From an uncultured Weeksellaceae bacterium (GTDB lineage: Bacteria; Bacteroidota; Bacteroidia; Flavobacteriales; Weeksellaceae), in assembly GCA_964553105.1 (NCBI GenBank), contig CAZKJO010000009.1, positions 1 through 49,977 on the forward strand: a DNA stretch of 49,977 nt, in the 5' to 3' direction. Made by a program: the position numbers and the translations under genes. Below the pieces are notes generated by a model. The model saw nothing but the letters and a program-made list of their open reading frames with translations. It ran no database searches and was not told the origin of the DNA. The first letter of the stretch is position 1. Each line of letters begins with the position of its first letter. Positions 38,392-47,608 of this stretch are shown here, one piece after another.

Positions 38392-39348
38392 TTATTCAAA
38401 ACCCAAAGTTTCTTGCACTTCAAAGGTGCTAGCTTCGCGGTTATTTCTTACCACTAATTCTCCAATAAACCCAGCTAAAAATAATTGCATCCCAAAGATC
38501 ATACATAACATCGCCAAATAAAACCATGGATTATTTGCCACCAAAATAGTGGGAACTTCTTTGTAGAGCATATATAATTTGCTCGCACCAATCCAAAAGA
38601 CCATCAGAAAACCAAAGATGAACATCAAGGTTCCTGCTGCACCAAAGAAATGCATCGGACGATGACCGAATTTTCCAACGAACCAAAGTGTAATTAAATC
38701 CAAAAATCCATTCACAAAACGACTGCTCCCGAATTTAGAAACACCATGTTTTCTGGCGGTATGTTGTACTTTTTGTTCTTTAATGTTCAAAAAACCTGCA
38801 TTCTTGGCTAACACAGGAATATATCTGTGCATATCGCTACGTAGCTGCAATGATTTTACTACGTCTTTTTTATAAGCTTTTAAACCACAATTAAAATCAT
38901 GCAATTCCAATCCACTTGTTTTTCTAGCTACCGCATTAAAAAGCTTAGAAGGAATATTTTTAGTGAAAACAGGATCTTGTCTTTTTTGTTTCCAACCCGA
39001 AATTAAATCCATTCCCTCTTCGGCGATTCCTTTATATAAAGACGGAATTTCCTCTGGAAAATCTTGTAAATCAGCATCCATGGTTATCACTACATCACCT
39101 TGTGCCATGGCAAAAGCAGCATTTAAAGCCTGTGATTTACCATAGTTTTTACGGAATTTAATCCCTTTTACTTCTGGGAAATTGGATTGTAATACTTTAA
39201 TAATATCCCAAGAATTATCTGTACTACCATCGTCTATAAAGATAATTTCGTAGGTATAATCGTTCTTCAAGACTTTCGCAATACGTTGGTGCAACTCTTG
39301 CAAAGAATCTTGCTCATTCAATAATGGTATAACGATAGATAGATTCAT
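38392..39348 (-). CDS. GT2 polyprenol-phosphate glycosyltransferase (ArnC/GtrB-like)
   Basis: SIVIPLLNE, DDGSTD, MDADLQD and HDFNCGLKAY motifs, with two C-terminal TM helices. Confidence 0.92.
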   Translation of the reverse strand: MNLSIVIPLLNEQDSLQELHQRIAKVLKNDYTYEIIFIDDGSTDNSWDIIKVLQSNFPEVKGIKFRKNYGKSQALNAAFAMAQGDVVITMDADLQDFPEEIPSLYKGIAEEGMDLISGWKQKRQDPVFTKNIPSKLFNAVARKTSGLELHDFNCGLKAYKKDVVKSLQLRSDMHRYIPVLAKNAGFLNIKEQKVQHTARKHGVSKFGSSRFVNGFLDLITLWFVGKFGHRPMHFFGAAGTLMFIFGFLMVFWIGASKLYMLYKEVPTILVANNPWFYLAMLCMIFGMQLFLAGFIGELVVRNNREASTFEVQETLGFE

Positions 39349-39902
39349 CTTGGTTTGGGTGTATTCCTAATTTTCCATAAAAAGCTTAGCATTAATGCAA
39401 GACTGAAGTTAAAGAAAATTAAAACTCCTAGGATTAAAGTAAAGGTTCTGTTGTTCAGTAAGTTAGTGTTCCTTACTTCGGGAGAATTAATCACTTTCTC
39501 TACATCTTCGTAATCTCCATTATCCTTAGCTTGAACTAAGCTATAATCTAAATACTCTGTTTTAAGTTGTTCAATTCCAGATGGATCTACATAATGAAAA
39601 TAAGCAAAAACACATAGTAAACTTAAAACCCCAGCAATAAAACCAGGTAAAAAGCTAAGCTTGAATATTTTAAAGAAACTAATTCCTGGTTTGTTATTCC
39701 ATTTCAATAAATTAGATGCAGCCACAAAAGCATAAATACTTGTAATAACGAATGCATTAGCAATCGATGTTGCAATTATATATTGAAAATCAGAAAACTG
39801 AAAAATCTCTTGCGTTTTAAATAAAATCTGCACCACTAAAAACACTATCAGTGTTAATATAAATAGGATAATAGCAGAACGCCTAATGGGCCTTTTGAGC
39901 AT
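39345..39902 (-). CDS. DUF4199-like membrane protein
   Basis: Four hydrophobic segments and YFHYVDP. 4-nt overlap with GT2, an order familiar from Bacteroidota. Confidence 0.7.
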   Translation of the reverse strand: MLKRPIRRSAIILFILTLIVFLVVQILFKTQEIFQFSDFQYIIATSIANAFVITSIYAFVAASNLLKWNNKPGISFFKIFKLSFLPGFIAGVLSLLCVFAYFHYVDPSGIEQLKTEYLDYSLVQAKDNGDYEDVEKVINSPEVRNTNLLNNRTFTLILGVLIFFNFSLALMLSFLWKIRNTPKPR

Positions 39903-39953
39903 AGATTGTTTTTAAGAATTGCAAAGATAAGATTTAGTGAATAATTCTGTGGA

Positions 39954-40808
39954 CTATTGGGTCATGACATTAAGTGCCTTAGCAATCATTTCGTCTACCG
40001 CTTCTTTATAATTGTCTAAAAACTCTCCAGTAGAACGATTCGCAATTATGCAATTCAATGATAAAGCATTGTGACCTAATAGATTAGCAAAGGCATAAAT
40101 TCCAGAAGTTTCCATCTCGAAGTTATCTAAACCATTTTCATGTAATCGATCTAAAAAGTCGGCAGCTAGAGGTTTTAATCTTAATTCTCGTCCTTGTGGA
40201 CCATAAAAACCAGATAATGAACCTGTATTTCCCCCTACGAAGCCTTCACCGAATTTGTCGAACAACTCTTTTGAACCTTCTGTAAAGTATAATAAAGATT
40301 CAATCTCATTGTATTTAAAATTAGATAAAAACTCCTTTTTAAATCCAGCGCTATCTTTATGCTCAGGGTAAAATTTCATTAAACCATCAAAACCAACACT
40401 GTATCTACTTTTTACAAAGCTTCCTGCACCAATCTTGGGATTTACAGAACCCGAAGTCCCAAATCTCACAATGTTTAAAGAGGTGTGTTCTGGTTTAATT
40501 TCTCTGGTTTCTAAATCAATATTCACCAAAGCATCTAGTTCATTAATAACAATATCAATGTTATCTGTACCAATTCCGGTTGAAAGTACGGTCAGTTTTT
40601 TTCCATTTAATGTTCCTGTGTGCGTAACAAACTCACGCTTTGCTTTCTTGATTTCTACGCTATCAAAGAACTTAGAAACTCTTTCAACTCTCTCTGGATC
40701 ACCTACAAAGATGATATCTTGACCAATATCGCTTGGTAATAAATTTAAATGATATACACTGCCATCTTGATTTAATGGCATTTCAGATGCTGCTATTTTT
40801 TTTGACAT
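39954..40808 (-). CDS. Nucleoside (uridine-type) phosphorylase
   Basis: GSVYHL, VGDPERV, STGIG, RFGTSGS, FYGPQGR and NFEME motifs. Confidence 0.92.
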   Translation of the reverse strand: MSKKIAASEMPLNQDGSVYHLNLLPSDIGQDIIFVGDPERVERVSKFFDSVEIKKAKREFVTHTGTLNGKKLTVLSTGIGTDNIDIVINELDALVNIDLETREIKPEHTSLNIVRFGTSGSVNPKIGAGSFVKSRYSVGFDGLMKFYPEHKDSAGFKKEFLSNFKYNEIESLLYFTEGSKELFDKFGEGFVGGNTGSLSGFYGPQGRELRLKPLAADFLDRLHENGLDNFEMETSGIYAFANLLGHNALSLNCIIANRSTGEFLDNYKEAVDEMIAKALNVMTQ

Positions 40809-40823
40809 ATTGTTTAGTTTTGA

Positions 40824-41153
40824 TTAACCTCCAACGCGTTTTACTTTCATTCCCATATCTTCTAGATATTTCATGATTTTATCTCTAAAATCACCTTGAA
40901 TAATGATTTCATCATTCTTGGTTGAACCGCCAACGCCTAAATGACGTTTAATGTCCTTGGCCAATTGTTTAAAATCATCATCATTACCAGTATATCCTTT
41001 GATAATAGTGTTGGGTTTACCTTTTCTTTTCTCAAAATGGCACTCCACAACATCATCTGGAATCCACAATCCTTCGTCTTTTTGGGTTTCCTGTGAATCC
41101 TCCGAAGGCGCGTGATCAGGAAATAAATTCTTTAGTTGATCTTGTAAATCCAT
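40824..41153 (-). CDS. SUI1/YciH translation initiation factor homolog
   Basis: EKRKGK...GVGGSTK..EIIIQGD.R..KRVGG. ATG at 41153 preferred because the TTG at 41162 lies inside the -7 promoter element. Confidence 0.9.
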   Translation of the reverse strand: MDLQDQLKNLFPDHAPSEDSQETQKDEGLWIPDDVVECHFEKRKGKPNTIIKGYTGNDDDFKQLAKDIKRHLGVGGSTKNDEIIIQGDFRDKIMKYLEDMGMKVKRVGG

Positions 41154-41350
41154 AACTTTCAAATATAATAAATTTTGAATAGAGATCGAAGTAAAAATAC
41201 CTATTTAAATCTGATTATACTTAGACTAAAGTACATTTATAAAAACTCTCCTACTTCAATTTATTGTTAAATAAACAGGCATGTTGGAATCAATTTCAAT
41301 ACCAAATCCCGCATTTTTATGCTTCGATTTGCTGTCTTTATTTTAAAAAC

Positions 41351-41378
41351 CAAAAACCTGCTGATTCGCAGGTTTTTG
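41351..41378. terminator. Intrinsic terminator, potentially bidirectional, after 2OG oxygenase
   Basis: CAAAAACCTGC-TGATTC-GCAGGTTTTTG. Confidence 0.85.
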
Positions 41379-41412
41379 ATGATTTTTTAAACTTAATCTT
41401 TTGTTTAATTAT

Positions 41413-42366
41413 TTATTTAATCAAACCAATTTCTCTTAATCTTTGCGTTAAGAATTCACCGGCTGTAATGTCATCAAACTGCTTTGGATTATTCTCGTCA
41501 ATACAATCTTCTAAAACGTCTAATTTCATTTCACTAATAGGGTGCATAAAGAATGGAATCGAGAAACGAGGCTTGTGCCACTCTTCTTTCGGTGGATTTA
41601 CCACGCGGTGAATCGTAGATTTTAATTTATTGTTGGTGTGACGAGAAAGCATATCACCAACATTAATCACTAATTCATCAGCTTCTGGAATCGCATCCAC
41701 CCATTCACCATCATGTCGTTGAACTTGTAATCCTCCTGCTGAAGCTCCCATCAACAAAGTAATTAAGTTAATGTCGCCATGCGCCCCAGCTCTTACAGCG
41801 CCATCAGGTTCTCCTGTAATAGGTGGGTAGTGGATAGGTCTCAAAATTGAGTTTCCATTCTTAACCTTATCATCAAAATAAAATTCATCTAATCCTAAAA
41901 ATAAGGCTAAAGCTCTCAAAACATAAATTCCAGTTTTCTCTAATTGCTGGTAAGTTTCTTTTCCCACTTTTGCAAACTCTGGAAGCTCCTCAACATCTAC
42001 GTTTTCAGGATAATCGAATTTGGCTTTATTGGCTGCGTCTACATATTGTCCAAAATGCCAAAACTCTTTTAAATCTCCCTTGTTAGAGCCTTTTGCATGT
42101 TCTTTTCCGAAAGAAGTATAACCACGTTGACCGCCAATTCCAGGTATTTCATATTTCTTTTTAACCTCTTCATCTAAGTCGAAGAATTTTTTAACTTCCT
42201 TGTATAAGTTATCAACCAACTCATCAGATAGAAAATGATTTTTAAGAGAAACAAAACCAATCGTTTGGTAAGCATCTCCAATTTCATTCACGAATTTTTG
42301 CTTTCTAGCCGGATCATCTGATAAAAAATCAGCTAAATCTACCGACGGTATTCCATTATGACTCAT
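41413..42366 (-). CDS. Isopenicillin N synthase-family 2OG-Fe(II) dioxygenase
   Basis: IPSVDL DIOX_N start, HxD (AHGD), distal His (STIHRV) and RxS (RFS). Confidence 0.92.
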   Translation of the reverse strand: MSHNGIPSVDLADFLSDDPARKQKFVNEIGDAYQTIGFVSLKNHFLSDELVDNLYKEVKKFFDLDEEVKKKYEIPGIGGQRGYTSFGKEHAKGSNKGDLKEFWHFGQYVDAANKAKFDYPENVDVEELPEFAKVGKETYQQLEKTGIYVLRALALFLGLDEFYFDDKVKNGNSILRPIHYPPITGEPDGAVRAGAHGDINLITLLMGASAGGLQVQRHDGEWVDAIPEADELVINVGDMLSRHTNNKLKSTIHRVVNPPKEEWHKPRFSIPFFMHPISEMKLDVLEDCIDENNPKQFDDITAGEFLTQRLREIGLIK

Positions 42367-44185
42367 ATTCGTTTGTTTTAAATGTTATATTATCTTTTAC
42401 TTTAATTAGCTTAAAATCAATAGGTTTTAAGTTTCTGCAATCTTCTACAGACAGCATCTTTTCATTCCATAAATCATATCCTTCTAAGTTGAGATGCTCC
42501 AAATAAATCTCTGTATCTGAATTATTGAAAATTATATAAATGCTTTCTTCAGAACTTCTACGTTTATATATAATCACATCACCTTTTGTGTAGATAAACT
42601 TAAGCTCACCATGCGTAAATACGGGATGGTGTTTTCGTAAATCTATGATTTTTTTATAAAATAAATGTAATTCTTGGTTAAAACCTACTGCTTCATAGAT
42701 GTTTTCATCTTCATTAAATGGGTTTTGAGTTTCTGGATCAAATGTGTACTCAGGCCACCAAAGCGGCTTTCTGCAATCTGGATCATCTGCGCCCCACATA
42801 CCCATTTCGTCACCTGCCCAAATCTGTGGAGATCCAGGCATCGTAAATTGGAAAACTAAAAAATTTTTCACCCTTTCATAAACTTCTTCGCTAGGTTTAC
42901 CTGTTTTGTAATTCACATCCTCTAAGGGCTTTGCTAAATATTTATAGATATTTTTATTATTAAACGAACTCAATAATCTAGGCGTGTCATGACTGGCGCT
43001 CATCATCATCATGGCCTTAATATTTGCATCTGGAATTCCAGCTACCATAGCGCCCAATTCTTCTTTTAATTGCTGCCCATCTATGTATTCATTTGGTTTG
43101 GCAAAGAATGCACGAACGTGCTTAAAGGGTTGATAATACATAATAGCATCAAAAACATCATCGCTTATATAGGGTTTTGGATCCATCATTTTGTGAGGCC
43201 AATTTTCCCACCAAACTTCTCCCACCAAAAACGCTTCTGGATTGATAGCCTTAACATGCTTTCTGAAATCTCGCCAAAAATCTAAACCAATTTCATCGGC
43301 TACATCTAATCTAAACCCATCAATTCCGTATTTCGCATCATAGCCTTTGGGCGCTAGCCAACGCTCTACTACCTTGAAAACATGTTTCTTAACAGATTTG
43401 TTTAAATCACCTTGATACGGAAATCCTTTTATGTGATTCGAATAATATTTTTTCCTTAATTGAGGAAGTTCTTTTACGCCTGCCCATGAATTAAAATCTA
43501 GTTGCCCCATCGGTGAATTTGGATGATTGAACATATTTATGTCATACCAATCCGCATACTTTGAATGAATCCCATGAATCAAAATATCTTGCCACGCCCA
43601 AAACTGAATGCCAGTATGATTAAAAGAATAATCCACTATAATTCGTATATCTCGTTCGTGAACCTGAGCAATTAATTCTAGGAAAAGTTGATCGGCAGAA
43701 GTCCATTGCCAAGTGTCTGGATTGTTGGGGTCTTCTTGAGCTATGATTAATTTATCGCCCTCGGGGTCAGGACCAAAGTGAATATCTACATGATGAAAAT
43801 TCCGTGCATCATATTTATGCAAAGAAGGAGCATCGTTAATGGGATTTAAATATATGGCATTCACACCCAAGGATTGAATATAATCTAACTTATCAATAAC
43901 GCCCTGTAAATCACCTCCATACCTTCTAGATTGAACTTGATTATACCACTTTCGAATTTCTTCTTGATCTTGAGATTTAGGTGCATCCTTATACCAATCA
44001 GATGTCCAGGGTGTCAGTTCCCAATTTTCGTCGTAGGTATGAGGCCAAGCTCCTTGCATATTTTGGAACGTGGGATCATTATCTGAATGGGCATTATAAA
44101 ATCTTTCCACAAAAATCTGATACCAAATCGCTTCTTGAGACCATTGTGGCGGAGTGGTAAATGCAATATTTGATGAATTAGACAT
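42356..44185 (-). CDS. Cytoplasmic GH13 neopullulanase/cyclomaltodextrinase-like enzyme
   Basis: WYQIFVERF, GGDLQG, DGFRLDV, GEVW, SHDTPR and DDPDCR motifs. No signal peptide. Confidence 0.9.
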   Translation of the reverse strand: MSNSSNIAFTTPPQWSQEAIWYQIFVERFYNAHSDNDPTFQNMQGAWPHTYDENWELTPWTSDWYKDAPKSQDQEEIRKWYNQVQSRRYGGDLQGVIDKLDYIQSLGVNAIYLNPINDAPSLHKYDARNFHHVDIHFGPDPEGDKLIIAQEDPNNPDTWQWTSADQLFLELIAQVHERDIRIIVDYSFNHTGIQFWAWQDILIHGIHSKYADWYDINMFNHPNSPMGQLDFNSWAGVKELPQLRKKYYSNHIKGFPYQGDLNKSVKKHVFKVVERWLAPKGYDAKYGIDGFRLDVADEIGLDFWRDFRKHVKAINPEAFLVGEVWWENWPHKMMDPKPYISDDVFDAIMYYQPFKHVRAFFAKPNEYIDGQQLKEELGAMVAGIPDANIKAMMMMSASHDTPRLLSSFNNKNIYKYLAKPLEDVNYKTGKPSEEVYERVKNFLVFQFTMPGSPQIWAGDEMGMWGADDPDCRKPLWWPEYTFDPETQNPFNEDENIYEAVGFNQELHLFYKKIIDLRKHHPVFTHGELKFIYTKGDVIIYKRRSSEESIYIIFNNSDTEIYLEHLNLEGYDLWNEKMLSVEDCRNLKPIDFKLIKVKDNITFKTNEYES

Positions 44186-44410
44186 GTAGTTTGAATCAAT
44201 CTGGAGACGTTAAACAAATGTAGTAAATGATTTTATATGGAATTTCTCGTCGATGAACTGCCAACAAGCTGCTTTAAAACATAAAATTTAACTGCTGGAA
44301 AGTCTCCATCCACTTAAAATTAAAGCTTTATCTCATTAAAATTCATTGAAAATATGATTTACACCTTGATAAAGCTATTTTTATTTTTAACTATACACTA
44401 CCTTTGCCGC

Positions 44411-45616
44411 ATGGAAGTACTACCTTATCACAATTTATACGTCGGAATGATAGAAACCTTAGAAGCTATTTTCGAAAATGGCGACTATTCCGATAAAGCA
44501 TTAGAAAAGACTTTTAAAAAAAATCGACTTTGGGGCAGTCGAGACCGCGGTTTTGTGGCAGAAATGGTCTATGATATGGTAAGATGGAAAAGAACGATTG
44601 ATTTTGCATCTGCTAATGCTTTGCGCAAAAGACATTATTGGGATTTTATTGCCGCTTGGATTGTTATGAATGATGGTAGATTACCAGATTTAGAGGAGTT
44701 CAAGAAAGTAAAAGCTCAAAAGATTAAAGGTAATTATTTACAAGCTTTAAGAATTCCAGCGATTAAGCATTCGATCTCAGATGAATTATTTGAAATTGGA
44801 CAAAACGAATTAGGCGATCAATGGATTACCGAGTTAGAAGCTATGAATCAAGCAGCGCCAGCAGTTCTTCGTGTAAATACTTTAAGAACGAATGAGAAGG
44901 AGCTTAAGGCAGAATTGTTAGATAAGGAAATCAGAATTACCAAATTAAAGCGTTTCCCAGATGCTTATGTATTGGTGGAGAAGGAGAATTTATTCTTAAC
45001 CGAAGAGTTTAAGAAAGGTTATTTTGAAATGCAAGATGCTAATTCACAGTTAGTAGCTCCGTTTGTTGAAGTAGAACCAGGAATGCGTGTAGCAGATGCT
45101 TGTGCAGGTGCGGGAGGTAAAAGTTTGCATTTAGCAGCCTTGATGGAAAACAAAGGAAACATTGTTTCTATGGATATTCATCAATGGAAATTAAATGAAT
45201 TAAAAAGACGCGCCAAAAGAGCAGGAGCTCATAATATTCAAACTAAATTAATCGATTCAACCAAAGTTTTAAAAAGGTTTAATAAATCATTTGATAGAGT
45301 TCTAATCGATGCGCCATGTACTGGATTAGGAGTATTAAGAAGAAATCCAGATGCCAAGTACAAATTGGATAAAGCTACTTTAGAGCGTGTATTGGTTGAG
45401 CAAAAAGAAATTCTAGAAACTTACAGCAAATTACTTAAACCAGAGGGTATTTTGGTGTACGTAACATGTTCAATTCTACCGTCTGAAAACTCAGAGCAAG
45501 TGAAAACTTTCTTAAGTAATCATTCAGAATTCGCATTGGTAGAGGAGAAAACATTGATGCCAGCAGAAACCGGATTTGATGGATTCTACATGGCTAAAAT
45601 GACTAAAAAGGATTAA
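44411..45616 (+). CDS. RsmB/NOP family RNA m5C methyltransferase
   Basis: GSRDR, QDANSQ, DACAGAGGKS, DAPCTG and YVTCS motifs. Start at ATG 44411, just after TACCTTTG. Confidence 0.92.
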   Translation: MEVLPYHNLYVGMIETLEAIFENGDYSDKALEKTFKKNRLWGSRDRGFVAEMVYDMVRWKRTIDFASANALRKRHYWDFIAAWIVMNDGRLPDLEEFKKVKAQKIKGNYLQALRIPAIKHSISDELFEIGQNELGDQWITELEAMNQAAPAVLRVNTLRTNEKELKAELLDKEIRITKLKRFPDAYVLVEKENLFLTEEFKKGYFEMQDANSQLVAPFVEVEPGMRVADACAGAGGKSLHLAALMENKGNIVSMDIHQWKLNELKRRAKRAGAHNIQTKLIDSTKVLKRFNKSFDRVLIDAPCTGLGVLRRNPDAKYKLDKATLERVLVEQKEILETYSKLLKPEGILVYVTCSILPSENSEQVKTFLSNHSEFALVEEKTLMPAETGFDGFYMAKMTKKD

Positions 45617-45669
45617 GTTTAATTAAGCCTAGAGTAGAGGGTAAGCTAAATAATTTGAAGAAATAGAAA

Positions 45670-45720
45670 AAAATAAGGCTTTGCATGAATGGATTTCCAT
45701 CTTGCAAAGCCTTTTATTTT
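45670..45720. terminator. Bidirectional terminator between convergent genes
   Basis: AAGGCTTTGCA...TGCAAAGCCTT stem flanked by A- and T-runs. Confidence 0.88.
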
Positions 45721-46987
45721 ATACTAAGTTCAATTCTCGCGCTTGTTTTTCGAGTTCCTCTTGATGGTCTGGATGTGCAATAGAAATCAAAAGTTTGGCT
45801 CTTTCGCGTAAGCTTTTAGCAAATAAATTCACGACACCAAATTCTGTTGCGATATAATGAACGTGAGCTCTCGTCGTTGTAACGCCAGCACCTACTTTGA
45901 GCTGCGGAACAATTTTAGACACTCCTTTCTTAGTTTGTGAGGCTAAGGCAAAAATAGGTTTGCCACCTTCGGATAATGAAGCTCCACGAATAAAATCCAT
46001 TTGTCCACCGACGCCAGAAAATTGATAACTACCAATCGTATCGGCGCAAACTTGTCCGGTTAAATCAATTTCAATTGCGCTATTAATCGCAGTTACTTTA
46101 GGATTTCGTCTAATGATTGCTGTGTCATTGGTGTATCCCGCTTCCTTAAAATGTACCACTGGATTTTCATTTACAAAGTCATATAATTTCTGACTTCCCA
46201 AGGCAAAACAAGTGACGATTTTACCCGTTTTAATTTGTTTTTCTTTTCCGGTAATCACGCCCGATTCATATAAAGGAAGAACACCGTCTGAAAACATTTC
46301 TGTGTGAATCCCTAAGTTTTTATGATTTCCAAGATTGCTTAAAACCACATTAGGAATTGCGCCAATTCCCATTTGTAGCGTTGCACCATCTTCTACCAAT
46401 CCTGCGACATGTGCACCAATTTTAATATCGGTTTCGTTGGGTTCTGTCGGTTCTATGCTGTAAATCGGTGAATTACTTTCTACAAAAGCATCAATTCTGC
46501 TTTTATGAATGATTCCGTCACCATGAGTTCTTGGAACGTTAGGATTGACTTGTGCAATGATTTTCTTAGCTGTTTCAATGGCGGGTAGGGTGATATCAAT
46601 GGATACGCCTAGCGAACAAAAACCATGTTGATCAGGTGGAGAAACTTGAATCAAAGCCACATCAATTGGTAGAATATTCCTTCTAAATAAAATATGAACA
46701 TCGCCCAGGAACATTGGAGTATAAGAACCAGCACCAGAATTGACTGCTTTTCGGGTGTTTGCTCCCACAAATAGAGCATTGGTGTGAAAAGATTGATTAT
46801 AAGGTTCTTGGGTGTATTTCGCTTCGCCCTCTGTGTGGATGTGAATGACTTCTACATTTTTTAACTCTTGGTATCTCAGCGACATAGCATCTACTAATTC
46901 CAAAGGAGTCATGGCTGCACTCTGAACAAATACGCGGTTTCCAGATTGAATTTCCTTAACGGCTTCGTGGGCACTTACAAACTTCAT
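45719..46987 (-). CDS. Acetyl-CoA hydrolase / 4-hydroxybutyrate CoA-transferase family protein
   Basis: LQMGIGAIP, GIHTEMFSDG, SGVGGQMDF and IAHPDH motifs. Confidence 0.92.
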   Translation of the reverse strand: MKFVSAHEAVKEIQSGNRVFVQSAAMTPLELVDAMSLRYQELKNVEVIHIHTEGEAKYTQEPYNQSFHTNALFVGANTRKAVNSGAGSYTPMFLGDVHILFRRNILPIDVALIQVSPPDQHGFCSLGVSIDITLPAIETAKKIIAQVNPNVPRTHGDGIIHKSRIDAFVESNSPIYSIEPTEPNETDIKIGAHVAGLVEDGATLQMGIGAIPNVVLSNLGNHKNLGIHTEMFSDGVLPLYESGVITGKEKQIKTGKIVTCFALGSQKLYDFVNENPVVHFKEAGYTNDTAIIRRNPKVTAINSAIEIDLTGQVCADTIGSYQFSGVGGQMDFIRGASLSEGGKPIFALASQTKKGVSKIVPQLKVGAGVTTTRAHVHYIATEFGVVNLFAKSLRERAKLLISIAHPDHQEELEKQARELNLV

Positions 46988-47057
46988 AGGCTTTTATTAA
47001 GAGGTTTAAAGATAATAGAAAGCCAAGAGTTTTGCAGATTTATATAACTGATAAATG

Positions 47058-47576
47058 TTAGAGAGTTGATTCATTTTTAAAGTTTTTTAATTCTTTTAAT
47101 CGTTGTTGGTAGCGTTCAAAAATAGACTCAGCTTGCCAATCTTCTGACTCTGTTTTTCCATGACCTAAAGATATGTTGCTAAGTATTTCTCCGTTTTGTG
47201 TAAAATATTCTCAATTCTAGATGCTTTGAGCGAAATGATTTTTGGGCATCAACTGCTCCTTTTCATTGGCGTAGATTAAATCATTTTCTGATTCAAAATA
47301 TATCTCTTGATATAAAATTCCATCTGTATTAGATACAATTTTAATAAGTCTAAGTTTTTGATCTAATTCGCAGAATTGCCAAAATTCTGGTGTATCGTTT
47401 AAATCAGAAACCACCGAAAAATCTTGCACACACGCTTGAATTCCTTTCTCTACTTTTAATTTAATTTGTGCTCTCAGATTGGTCTTGGTCCCTTGACTAG
47501 GCTTTACTTGAGAACAAGCAGGCGCTAATAAGAAACTTAAACAAAGCATCAAAAAGATAGGTTAAAGGCTTTTCAT
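47058..47576 (-). pseudogene. Putative exported protein gene interrupted by three in-frame stops
   Basis: One frame of 173 codons: MKSL*PIFLMLCLSFLLAPACSQ...NHFAQSI*N*EYFTQNGEILSNISLGHGKTESEDWQAESIFERY...STL*. Internal stops at 47562-64, 47217-19 and 47211-13. Confidence 0.75.
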
Positions 47577-47608
47577 AAAGTTGATGTTTTAGTTGAGTTT
47601 ATATGAAA

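Noticed and set aside
156-44217. Many short ORFs in the track that overlap or oppose long genes (e.g. 346-708, 931-1281, 8902-9225, 17017-17349, 28922-29251, 29459-29806, 41264-41611)
   Set aside because: Shadow frames of well-supported genes, or overlapping terminators, with no recognisable motifs.
44324-44376. 9-bp inverted repeat AGCTTTATC/GATAAAGCT between divergent GH13 and RsmB-like promoters
   Set aside because: 35-nt spacer, single occurrence, unrelated to the candidate NrtR motif and plausibly chance.
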